Assembly: GCA_017455905.1 (NCBI GenBank)
Contig: JAFTLQ010000015.1
Coordinates: forward strand, 964-64,963
Reading direction: 5' to 3'
From: Clostridia bacterium
Lineage (GTDB): Bacteria; Bacillota; Clostridia; Oscillospirales; CAG-272
DNA length: 64,000 nucleotides
Shown here: positions 56,150 through 64,000 of the stretch, in pieces
Layout: each line of letters opens with the position of its first letter
Position numbering within the stretch: the stretch's first letter is position 1
Program-made: the position numbers and the translations under genes
The notes under the pieces: generated by a model
What the model was told of the DNA's origin: nothing
The model's database searches: none
What the model saw: only the letters and a program-made list of their open reading frames with translations

Positions 56150-57283
56150 ATGGAAAACGCATTGTGGAATGGAAAATTATATACCGCTGCGGAAATAGCG
56201 GATTCGTATGAATTGGAAAAGAGTATAAGGAAGGCAAGCGGAAGGAAAGAGCTGAGATGCCCGGATGCAGATTGCCCCAGTCCTGTTTTGAGATATTGTC
56301 ATGGTGAAATCAAGAGTGCCTTCTTTGCTCACCTCGATAATTGTACATGCGATTACGCTGAGTTCGATAAAGAGAACACGCAGTTGATGCGAAAGGTGAA
56401 ACGCACCATATACGAGAGCTTTGTTGCACAGGGATATGATGTGCAGTTGGAAGTGAAGCTGTTACCTAGGCACTATACGCATCTGCTGTTTACTATGTCC
56501 ACGGGCAAGAAAATAGCTGTAGAGCTGGGAACACAGAGAACGACCGCCAATAGGATAGATTACCTTTCGGAGCAATATGAGAGAATCGGTGTTGATGTAA
56601 AATGGATCGTAATTAGCAACTCGCAAACACCGGTTAAAGAGAACGAAACATTCTTTATTAAACGGTATCTCTTGAACGAGAGCAAACGAAAAGATATTCT
56701 AGTCTTAAATTGGGATGGGACCGAGATTACACAGTACATAGTAGACCCCAATAAATATCTTTATAGGGGAAACAGCATATATTCTGAAAATTACCCTGAA
56801 ATATACTCAGAAACGGCGGGGCTAGAATTGTTAGCTTTTGAAGAAGATGAGTTGACTATTCGGGGCTTCCATTCGAGATATAACGAATGGTTGATACGCA
56901 AGCGTGCTGCATTTGACAAGAAATTGACTCAAATGGCGGAGGAAGCAGCGTTGCGTGAAAAGCGTATGCGTGAACGTCAAGAAGAGTATGAAAGACAAGA
57001 GCGTGAACGTGCCGCTAGGGCAAGGACGTTGCCTCCCATCATAGCAAGCCGCCCCAGCACATCCTATTCAAGGCCTTCCACTCCGAGTATGTCTTATGAG
57101 GCAAGGAGAGAAAGCATTCTTCATCGAATGGACCAACAAACAGAACAGGTGCGAGATTCAACGGGCGCACGTTGGATTAGATGCGAACTTTGTGGCAGCG
57201 TGGAGACTGAAGATAAGTTTTGGTCCTATGGCGGTGCAAACCACGTAAACCTCGGAACTTGTTATAAGTGTGGCAAGAAATAA
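56150..57283 (+). CDS. CoiA-like (competence protein CoiA family nuclease-like) protein with coiled-coil and C-terminal zinc ribbon
   Basis: The N-terminus (ALWNGKLYTAAEI...LRCPDADCPSPVLRYCHGEIKSAFFAHL) follows the CoiA pattern (A..G..i.A...CP.C...v....G....HFAH). There is an EEAALREKRMRERQEEYERQERERAARA coiled coil, and the protein ends with CELCGS...CYKCGKK. Confidence 0.5.
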   Translation: MENALWNGKLYTAAEIADSYELEKSIRKASGRKELRCPDADCPSPVLRYCHGEIKSAFFAHLDNCTCDYAEFDKENTQLMRKVKRTIYESFVAQGYDVQLEVKLLPRHYTHLLFTMSTGKKIAVELGTQRTTANRIDYLSEQYERIGVDVKWIVISNSQTPVKENETFFIKRYLLNESKRKDILVLNWDGTEITQYIVDPNKYLYRGNSIYSENYPEIYSETAGLELLAFEEDELTIRGFHSRYNEWLIRKRAAFDKKLTQMAEEAALREKRMRERQEEYERQERERAARARTLPPIIASRPSTSYSRPSTPSMSYEARRESILHRMDQQTEQVRDSTGARWIRCELCGSVETEDKFWSYGGANHVNLGTCYKCGKK

Positions 57284-57301
57284 AGGCGAGAGGTAAGTGC
57301 T

Positions 57302-57607
57302 ATGAAAAAATGGATATCATATAAAGCTGGCTCTTCAATCGGTGGCTTAGGCTCCGAAAACGGAACGATTCTTTACGATGAGGAGTTTGATGGTGGATGT
57401 CGTATAACAATGGAGAAGTGTCCCAGGTATTATGCAATTACCTGTGGTGTGTATGGCTCAATGGTCCATACGGTATTCCGTGGTGCTGATGATGCCAAGG
57501 ATACGTATGATGCTATGAAGCTGGAGCTTGGAAAGTTTATGACTTCCGCAACAAACGAAAACGAAGAAGCTGAATTTTACGAATATTTTTGCGATAAATA
57601 TGTTTGA
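57302..57607 (+). CDS. hypothetical protein
   Basis: 101-aa ORF with tight operon spacing. No motif recognised. Confidence 0.55.
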   Translation: MKKWISYKAGSSIGGLGSENGTILYDEEFDGGCRITMEKCPRYYAITCGVYGSMVHTVFRGADDAKDTYDAMKLELGKFMTSATNENEEAEFYEYFCDKYV

Positions 57608-57620
57608 AAAGGAGTAGATT

Positions 57621-59237
57621 ATGTACATCATTGCGGACGTCGAGTGGGTTCAGAACAAAGAGAATAAACAAAGTCCCACGCAGCTGTCCGCTGTTCGTGT
57701 GGACAACAACTGGAATATAGTAGATGAGTTTTCGTCTTATATACGACCAATGGACGCTTCATTCCACGATTGGAAGCACGTCGCATATGCAGGCGGAAAG
57801 CCTGATGACTTCCTGTATGCACGAAACTGTCATAATGTTTTTACTGCCTTTAACAACTGGGTTGGAGAGGACACTATCTGTTGGTGGTATATCCCATCCC
57901 GTGATTTACACGCATTTATAAATAAAATCGTACTGAAGATTAAAAACACCAAACCATCAAAGATACTCAGTGAATATATGCTTGGCTTCTTGGACGGGCA
58001 GGGATATGTGAAGGGCAGTGCTTACAAATTGGCAAGGGCACGAAATATTGACGTTCCCGAACTGGAGCACGACTCAAGAAACGATGTTATAGCCATTGTG
58101 AATTTGCTAAAAGGAGTAGGCTTTCCTCAAGAGGCGTTGCTTGAACCTCCGATAAAGCCAGAGCCAAAGTTTAATCACCCCAAGAGCGATATGTTAGAAT
58201 ATCAATATGATGTTACTCACGCATTGCTTCATAAAAAAGGGTGTCCGCACATTCCCGAAGGAGCGGATATGCTCGGCTTTAGCACGCTCTTGGGTGCAGT
58301 AAGAAAGGGCTATAAGGCTTGTGCTTGCGTAAGAGAAGAACTTCGCCTTGCTAAGCGTGAAAAGGTACTTGATGAAATAAGCAGGTCGCAATACACATTT
58401 ATGTATGCGGAACACGGTTCAATCTTCCATCGACACGATTGTGGCTTACTTCATAATGCTCATCATGTACTCGGAACTATAAAATACGATACGATCATTA
58501 AAAAAGGATTGCGCCCGTGCAAGGTATGTAATCCTTCTCCCGAAGATGAGTATAGACCGCTTTTAATCCAGCAAAGAATCGCAACAATGAAGACTCCCAA
58601 GCTGGCAAAGCGTAGCCTTACACGCTCCGAAATGACGGCGATGACTAGACTACAACAATCGCAAAAGGAGCGTTATTCGGGTGTTTTACATACTGATATG
58701 ACCAAACAGGAAAAGGACGATTTGTTCACGCTTACACAACCGGGTTTTGGATTTTTTGCTGCGAGAGGCTACCAAAACTTCCATACACGCAATTGCAGCA
58801 GATTGGTAGGTAAGAGCAATATTCGAGGCTTTGATACTTTCTCTCACGCTTGTCGTGCCGGATACACTCCTTGCAAATATTGCAAGCCTAATGAAAAACA
58901 AAATATCGTTGTGTCGATTCCGATAGATAACAAGGTGAGGACCGATGAAACAATTGAGGATTTGTCGGTATTGTGCGAACAATATGGTTATCCGCATCGC
59001 TATCGCAAAGGTAATTTTGAGTTGGAGACAGCGGTAGGCAAGTGGATTATCCATACGGGGGATAGACCAGTTACTGTAGAACACATAAATCTTGCAAAAA
59101 AGCCTAATTGCGAGACTTACCATAAACAGCATCGCATTTTCCTATCAATGCTCGATGCGTTACGGTACATACATAGGCACGATAGCGAATTGAAAGGAGA
59201 CAGCGAAGAGAATGCAGGAACAGATGAAGTTGTTTAG
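57621..59237 (+). CDS. DEDD (DnaQ-like) 3'-5' exonuclease domain protein with three Ada-like zinc-binding modules
   Basis: YIIADVEW (Exo I DxE) and EHDSRNDVIAIVNLL (Exo III HxxxxD), followed by three repeats of the H..xC...(~25 aa)...G(Y/L).xC..C.P pattern: LHKKGCPHI..RKGYKACACV, FHRHDCGLL..KKGLRPCKVCNP and FHTRNCSRL..RAGYTPCKYCKP. Confidence 0.5.
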   Translation: MYIIADVEWVQNKENKQSPTQLSAVRVDNNWNIVDEFSSYIRPMDASFHDWKHVAYAGGKPDDFLYARNCHNVFTAFNNWVGEDTICWWYIPSRDLHAFINKIVLKIKNTKPSKILSEYMLGFLDGQGYVKGSAYKLARARNIDVPELEHDSRNDVIAIVNLLKGVGFPQEALLEPPIKPEPKFNHPKSDMLEYQYDVTHALLHKKGCPHIPEGADMLGFSTLLGAVRKGYKACACVREELRLAKREKVLDEISRSQYTFMYAEHGSIFHRHDCGLLHNAHHVLGTIKYDTIIKKGLRPCKVCNPSPEDEYRPLLIQQRIATMKTPKLAKRSLTRSEMTAMTRLQQSQKERYSGVLHTDMTKQEKDDLFTLTQPGFGFFAARGYQNFHTRNCSRLVGKSNIRGFDTFSHACRAGYTPCKYCKPNEKQNIVVSIPIDNKVRTDETIEDLSVLCEQYGYPHRYRKGNFELETAVGKWIIHTGDRPVTVEHINLAKKPNCETYHKQHRIFLSMLDALRYIHRHDSELKGDSEENAGTDEVV

Positions 59238-60522
59238 TGGAACAGCAGTAAAAATGCAATTGATATCCAACGGTCTTTGTTACGGTCCATGTCCTATGGT
59301 CAATGATGAAGTTGAACAGCGGATTACCATTACCCCTACGCATATATGGGTAAGCAGATATCAGTATGGCGACGGCTTGAACTACGAATTGCTCCAAAAA
59401 TTCAATGGCCGCATTGCACGTGAAAACGGTGAAGCAATCCTTGCTGAAGTCGCAGCTTATTTCAGTGATGAGAATCATATAGTGCCTTTTGCTACCGATG
59501 TTGGTAGTTGGGAATTGGTCCTGACCAATGAAGAAGGGGAGAAATACCGCTTCTTCGGTTCCTTGATTTCGCTAGATGCCGCATTAGATAACATTTGTGA
59601 TGTCATTAGAGAACGTTTGGATATGCCTTTTCTGTACCTGTTTAATGGTGATGACAAGCAAGACAGAATTGATAGGATCACAATCGAATATAGTCGGGTA
59701 ACCAAAATTAAGCCCAATCCTACGCATAATGTTGATTATGAATATGTTACTTGGAATTATTCTGAGAAGGTCACACTTGATAGAGAGACCGAGACATTGG
59801 AGTATTTCAGGCGAATTGGCACAGAGTGCGATACGACCTGGAAATATCATGTGGATGGCGGGATTTCAACCTTTTTGGATGAAACGGAAGTTGAGCTGTT
59901 CGATGACATCGAGGGTAATCCTCCCGAAGCCATTGATGACCCAATGGAGACAAAGAACTACCGTATTACAATCGAGTTTGCTCATATGCCAGATAAGGTC
60001 ATTACTGGTAGTTATGATCGTTTGAGTCTCCCAAGAAAATGGGCTAAATTCGCAAGAGACTTAAAAAAGTTTATGCAGTTTTACGGTGAGGGGGAAATCC
60101 TTGATCGTAGGTACTACGAAGCAATAAAGCAATGTCCTGGTGATATTATTTATCTTTCGGTTACCTTTGGTGAGCACGGAAAAAGGTACTATTATCACAC
60201 CGATAACAATGAAATCAAAGTTGGTGACTGGGTTGTAGTTCCTGTTGGAAACGATGGCAAAGAGCGCATAGTAAAGGTTGAAAAGAAGGAATATTTCCGC
60301 GAGGATAATGTCCCAATGCCTTTATCGCGGGTAAAGAGTGTAATCGAAGTCTTTATTCCGCCCGAAGATGATGAGGAAGCACTTGATTGTCCAGTGCTAA
60401 AAAAGATGATAACTATGGATGAATGTTTGGATCATTGTGAGCGCGGCTTTGATGTTGCAAGCGATGAGGAATCTGAACAATGCGACCTTATTTGCGAAAA
60501 ATGTCGATATTTCGAAGATTGA
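59212..60522 (+). CDS. hypothetical protein (436 aa) with Cys-rich C-terminus
   Basis: AAAGGAGA SD upstream of ATG 59212. Overlaps the preceding gene by 26 nt. C-terminal CPVLKK..CLDHCERG...CDLICEKC. Confidence 0.6.
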   Translation: MQEQMKLFSGTAVKMQLISNGLCYGPCPMVNDEVEQRITITPTHIWVSRYQYGDGLNYELLQKFNGRIARENGEAILAEVAAYFSDENHIVPFATDVGSWELVLTNEEGEKYRFFGSLISLDAALDNICDVIRERLDMPFLYLFNGDDKQDRIDRITIEYSRVTKIKPNPTHNVDYEYVTWNYSEKVTLDRETETLEYFRRIGTECDTTWKYHVDGGISTFLDETEVELFDDIEGNPPEAIDDPMETKNYRITIEFAHMPDKVITGSYDRLSLPRKWAKFARDLKKFMQFYGEGEILDRRYYEAIKQCPGDIIYLSVTFGEHGKRYYYHTDNNEIKVGDWVVVPVGNDGKERIVKVEKKEYFREDNVPMPLSRVKSVIEVFIPPEDDEEALDCPVLKKMITMDECLDHCERGFDVASDEESEQCDLICEKCRYFED

Positions 60523-60537
60523 GAAGGGTATAAAGCG

Positions 60538-60927
60538 ATGAAAAAAGAAACATTGAAACAAATGCTTGATATGAGCAAGGATGAAAAGACCGCAGCGGAA
60601 GTCATTGAGATGATAAAAAACTACGAGGATCAGTATGAAGATGGCACTGATGGAACCACCATCAAGCTACGCGTTTTCAAAGGTCCCGATGGAAAGGTAG
60701 TAACAGAAATATGTTCACTTTTGGAGTATCGTGACATTTCCAAAATGAACTTGGAAGAGCTACGTGCTTATTACGAGGAGTTGGAAGATCAATTTGACGA
60801 AGTGTCGGGTGATGAGCCTGAAGATGAGGATTCCGATGAATATGATGAGTGGGAAGATCTGTTTTCGGAGCTTGAGGATGAGATGGAAGCCGTAAAGGAT
60901 AGAATTGATGAATTGGAAAAGAGGTAA
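60538..60927 (+). CDS. highly acidic small protein
   Basis: The C-terminal half is dominated by D/E (EELEDQFDEVSGDEPEDEDSDEYDEWEDLFSELEDEMEAVKDRIDELE). Confidence 0.6.
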   Translation: MKKETLKQMLDMSKDEKTAAEVIEMIKNYEDQYEDGTDGTTIKLRVFKGPDGKVVTEICSLLEYRDISKMNLEELRAYYEELEDQFDEVSGDEPEDEDSDEYDEWEDLFSELEDEMEAVKDRIDELEKR

Positions 60928-60933
60928 CACATA

Positions 60934-61746
60934 ATGACAATTGAAACCTTAAAAGAAAAAGTAAAAGAAATAGTAGAAAAAATCGATATTGAAACATATC
61001 CCGAAATTCACGATTATCTTACCGCAATTTTGGAAGATAGTATTTATGAGGATACAGCATATGAGGTATCCGCCGTTGTTTATAACTGCGATAAGAAAGA
61101 AGTTCTCCCCCAGGAAATAGCAGATCTTTTGATAGAGATTTATGAGGATGAACTCAAAGCAAAGAATCACGATGCGATTTGTGACTATGGCTCTCTCTAT
61201 TACACAGGACGCATCGGTGAGCAGAACTATGAGAAAGCCGTTTATTATTATGATATGGCGGCAAAGCTCGGAAACCGTCAAGCACAAGAAAACCTTGGCT
61301 ATTGCTACTACTATGGTCGCACGGGAGTCGTGGATTATGAGAAGGCGTTCCATTATTTTGTAAAGGGTGCTCTTGACAATCACCTTATTTCTCTTTATAA
61401 AATCGGTGATATGTACAAGAATGGCTATTACGTGGAAAAGGATGAAAACGAAGCATATTGCATTTATCACCATTGCTTAATAGGCTTGAATGAGATAAAC
61501 ACACCTATTCTTGGCGCTGACGTTCATATTCGTATAGCTGATTGCCATTTCAACGGCATCGGTGTAAAGAAAAATGCAGCCATTGCACTTGAACACTATC
61601 AAATTGCAGAACGTCTTTATTGGATTCGCTTGCAAGAGGGTGATTTCTTGATTAAGAAGCAATATGAGCGTTCCATTGAAATGCAAGCAAAAGCGCGAGA
61701 GGAAATGAAGAAAGATCTTCCCGGATTCGCATGGGTGAATAGCTAA
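60934..61746 (+). CDS. Sel1-like (TPR-family) repeat protein
   Basis: Repeats of the form YEKAVYYYDMAAKLGNRQAQENLGYCYYYG and YEKAFHYFVKGALDNHLISLYKIGDMYKNG. Confidence 0.7.
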   Translation: MTIETLKEKVKEIVEKIDIETYPEIHDYLTAILEDSIYEDTAYEVSAVVYNCDKKEVLPQEIADLLIEIYEDELKAKNHDAICDYGSLYYTGRIGEQNYEKAVYYYDMAAKLGNRQAQENLGYCYYYGRTGVVDYEKAFHYFVKGALDNHLISLYKIGDMYKNGYYVEKDENEAYCIYHHCLIGLNEINTPILGADVHIRIADCHFNGIGVKKNAAIALEHYQIAERLYWIRLQEGDFLIKKQYERSIEMQAKAREEMKKDLPGFAWVNS

Positions 61747-61759
61747 CCGAGGTGGAAAT

Positions 61760-62140
61760 ATGATTATAGAAAGAAAATACGTACCTTTTTGTACGCTGAT
61801 AAATCGTGACCAGGAAGCAGGGGCAATATTTGAGAAGGCATTTAATGAATCGTATCCCCCGGAGGACAGAGAGCGCATATGGGCTATGCTGATGCCTCAG
61901 TGTCTCTTTGAAAGGGATATGGGTTGGTGTTTTAGCAAGCTCGGGGATGTAATAGAGGGCTTTGAAAAACTCGACCAGGACAAGCCCTATGATAACGGAT
62001 TATCGTATAAGGATGTTAATGAGACTAGAATTGTTTCCCGTGGGGAAGATGGTCTTGTTTTACATCTAATTTGTCGCTTTGATGGAATTTACAATATTGT
62101 AAAAATAGTCGAATTTGATGATGAAAGTGAAAAGCAGTGA
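61760..62140 (+). CDS. hypothetical protein
   Basis: 126-aa ORF in operon context. Confidence 0.55.
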   Translation: MIIERKYVPFCTLINRDQEAGAIFEKAFNESYPPEDRERIWAMLMPQCLFERDMGWCFSKLGDVIEGFEKLDQDKPYDNGLSYKDVNETRIVSRGEDGLVLHLICRFDGIYNIVKIVEFDDESEKQ

Positions 62141-62504
62141 CATAGTTGTTATGGCTGAAGAGCCGATTTCTGAAAGGACTCCAGAAGAAATTAGAGATTA
62201 TTTCGCTAACAAAAAAACCGAGCAGGACCTAGCAGATGCCTTTGCAATCACTAGCAATGAATTCTTTTGGGTTGCCGACAACATATACGATTATGAGGAA
62301 GGCACTCCCGAGCATAAAACAGCCTGCGAGATTACCGATGGGTGGGGTGCTCTTATGGATGAATATGAAGAAAGAATATTTGAGATTTTGACCAGTGAGG
62401 GCGTAACTATTCCGGCAAGTGCTCAAATTAGAGTGCTAATACCATTCATGTCTAGGAATGGGTATAGAGACGCTAATGGCTGGTGGATAAAAGACGGTCA
62501 GTAA
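62115..62504 (+). CDS. hypothetical protein
   Basis: 129-aa ORF overlapping the previous gene. The start is uncertain (ATG 62115-62123 cluster or ATG 62151). Confidence 0.55.
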   Translation: MMMKVKSSDIVVMAEEPISERTPEEIRDYFANKKTEQDLADAFAITSNEFFWVADNIYDYEEGTPEHKTACEITDGWGALMDEYEERIFEILTSEGVTIPASAQIRVLIPFMSRNGYRDANGWWIKDGQ

Positions 62505-62571
62505 ACAAAGGAGGTAGCGTGTATGCTAAGGTGCTCTGACAAGTCATGTAGTTTTAGTTGAGGAACCCAAA

Positions 62572-62793
62572 ATGCCTAATTTGAATGATTATCACGCATA
62601 TAAAAGTACAAGTGGTGGCGGTAGCAGTTCTGGTAAAGGCACAGGCTTTGGCTGTGGTGGATGGACTGTAATCGTCATAGTTGCGGCTTTGCTAATATTT
62701 TTTGTCGCTGATGGTGCAAGCTGGGATGCCATAGATACACTTTTAGGCCTAGGACTTATTGCGTTTTTGATAGCGAAAACATTGTTTAGATAA
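62572..62793 (+). CDS. small Gly-rich membrane protein
   Basis: STSGGGSSSGKGTGFGCGG followed by two hydrophobic helices. GAGGAA SD. Confidence 0.55.
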   Translation: MPNLNDYHAYKSTSGGGSSSGKGTGFGCGGWTVIVIVAALLIFFVADGASWDAIDTLLGLGLIAFLIAKTLFR

Positions 62794-62897
62794 TGCATTT
62801 TGATAATGCTTGAAGCTGCCATGTTAGAAATCTCTATGAATATTATAAAAATGATTATAAAAATTCGACAATAATAGTGCTATCGCAACATTTTTCA

Positions 62898-62926
62898 TTG
62901 ACAGAACCGCTTATTTATGATATAAT
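62898..62926 (+). promoter_or_regulatory. consensus sigma-70 promoter of the XRE gene
   Basis: TTGACA (62898-62903), 17-nt spacer, TATAAT (62921-62926). Confidence 0.7.
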
Positions 62927-62983
62927 ATAAGTTATCTATTTATATTAGTGGAAAAGCGGACTTTTCTGCGTGGAGGATGTATT

Positions 62984-63184
62984 ATGGTTAGCTATAAAAA
63001 ACTCTGGAAGTTGTTAATCGACAGAGATCTCAAAAAGAAAGATTTGGCAAGAATAGCTGATTTAAGTACCTATACCATTCAAAAATTAAATCGCAACGAG
63101 AATGTCAATACAGACACTCTCACCAAGATATGCAAAGCGTTGAATTGTACTTTCGATGATATTTTGGACATTGTTGAAGATTAA
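62984..63184 (+). CDS. XRE family helix-turn-helix transcriptional regulator
   Basis: LWKLLIDRDLKKKDLARIADLSTYTIQKLNRNENVNTDTLTKICKALNCTFDDIL is a typical Cro/C1-type HTH. GGAGGA SD before ATG 62984. Confidence 0.8.
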   Translation: MVSYKKLWKLLIDRDLKKKDLARIADLSTYTIQKLNRNENVNTDTLTKICKALNCTFDDILDIVED

Positions 63185-63208
63185 CTTTCGGAAAGGGGGA
63201 TCACTGCT

Positions 63209-64000
63209 ATGAGTGATAATGTAAATAGAAAACAAGAATTCCGAAAGTGGCTTGATGAAAATGGCGTCAGAAATCCTGCACCGGCATTGATTTTGCAATC
63301 TATGGATGAAGCCTCGGAGTACGCATATAAGCGAAAAATGATAAGCAATAGCTTCTGGGAAATTGAAAATTCTAGTGATTTTAACGCAGTTAGAGCTAAA
63401 TTGTTGGGAATGCGGCTTTTCAGATTGATTCATCGAAATGCAGCTTCGATTCTTGATAAATCCTGGAAATACTATGTTTCGTTTTTGGATGATGAAGTGC
63501 AACGAAATAGTAGGATAAGTGACGCTCCGCAGAACGAGTTGACATCCAGTTCATCTTCATCGGATGAATCTGTAGATATGACAAGTGCCACAGAGATTAG
63601 ATATGATTCGGTGGATGAGCATCATATTCTTCATGCAGATAGTGAAATTTCGGATGATTTAGGTGAAACAGAGCAAACGACCGAATTTATGATTCGTAAA
63701 AGTGTGGATAAGTCATTATTGCGAGCAGGAATGACGATTCCTAAAGCATACGCAGAAAAGCTGATGGAGCTTCTTGGTGTTGATTTGCAAAAAGGAGAGA
63801 AGTGCTCTATTGAAGTTTTACTTGAAGATGTTGTCTATGAAGCTTATTTGGTAAGCGTTAACTTCTCGGAAAAGTATGAAGATGTCTTTATGCTTCAAAT
63901 CCGGTATTCGGCGTCCAGTCCATTGTGTAATAGGTTAAACGATATTTTTGTTGATATTGGACATGATGCGACAGAGAAAGCAAATGAAGATTACATAGAA
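63209..64000 (+). CDS. hypothetical protein, 3' end outside the window
   Basis: Not in the track because no stop lies within the window. AAAGGGGGA SD and ATG 63209. I read 264 codons with no stop (MSDNVNRKQEFRKWLDENG...SSSSSSDES...IEVLLEDVVYEAYLVSVNFSEKYEDVFMLQIRY...). Confidence 0.6.
   Translation, partial: MSDNVNRKQEFRKWLDENGVRNPAPALILQSMDEASEYAYKRKMISNSFWEIENSSDFNAVRAKLLGMRLFRLIHRNAASILDKSWKYYVSFLDDEVQRNSRISDAPQNELTSSSSSSDESVDMTSATEIRYDSVDEHHILHADSEISDDLGETEQTTEFMIRKSVDKSLLRAGMTIPKAYAEKLMELLGVDLQKGEKCSIEVLLEDVVYEAYLVSVNFSEKYEDVFMLQIRYSASSPLCNRLNDIFVDIGHDATEKANEDYIE

Larger units (their letters stand above)
49747..64000 (+). mobile_element. putative integrative element with a large serine recombinase (right end beyond the window, left end unresolved)
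   Basis: AT-rich composition, recombinase operon at the left side, cargo of small HTH/Zn-ribbon and unknown proteins, WYL and XRE regulators. No att repeat could be defined because the other end is not in the window. Confidence 0.5.

Noticed and set aside
1-64000. tRNA, rRNA, tmRNA, RNase P or group II intron sequences
   Set aside because: I scanned the intergenic regions by eye for hallmark segments (GGTTCGAATCC-type T-arms, rRNA conserved blocks, GAGGAAAGTCC, intron domain V) and saw none. This is not an exhaustive computational search.

Overview
All domain and family calls here come from by-eye motif recognition. No database search, RNA folding or statistics were run.

The window looks like a chromosomal segment of a GC-rich Firmicutes/Clostridia-type genome. 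Spot counts of single 60-nt lines give about 57% GC near nt 4021 and about 37% GC near nt 56161.

The left ~45.7 kb is GC-rich core or accessory chromosome. It contains:
- the 3' 10.2 kb of a giant cell-surface protein (at least 3405 aa, 5' end outside the window)
- cardiolipin synthase, an MgtC-family protein and L-asparaginase
- a ZIP transporter-rubredoxin operon, a ferredoxin-like protein and D-lactate dehydrogenase divergent from a Crp/Fnr regulator, with two identical 21-nt palindromic boxes
- a YhhQ-type queuosine-precursor transporter and several SDRs
- a small AT-rich phage-remnant islet (19.2-20.65 kb)
- two DUF5131 (Gp37/Gp68) paralogs flanking a MarR gene, each broken by one extra A in an A7 run
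- a MATE exporter, a FeoA-FeoB fusion, a nitroreductase with an in-frame TAA at codon 5, and an aldo/keto reductase
- a cation:proton antiporter, MarR plus a heterodimeric ABC exporter, a cytidylate-kinase-like protein, and a 1408-aa dehydratase-activase-related protein
- KtrB/KtrA, an SDR and two GNATs

At about nt 45715 the composition drops sharply, inside the 3' part of the second GNAT ORF. The AT-rich region that follows contains:
- a run of truncated genes (46.07-47.83 kb)
- a ~1-kb stretch with no credible CDS that holds a consensus promoter, a ~310-nt non-coding unit and tandem terminators (a candidate orphan ncRNA)
- DUF6512/DUF6774-like genes
- a large-serine-recombinase element running from ~50.1 kb to beyond the window end

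That element carries a ~430-bp array of about 15 degenerate ~28-bp repeats. It also carries a tightly packed same-strand operon around a WYL regulator: a TM/Zn-ribbon protein, a CoiA-like nuclease, a DEDD exonuclease with three Ada-like Zn modules, an acidic protein, a Sel1-repeat protein and several unknowns. I consider this operon the best candidate for an undescribed system.

I recognised no rRNA, tRNA or CRISPR array.
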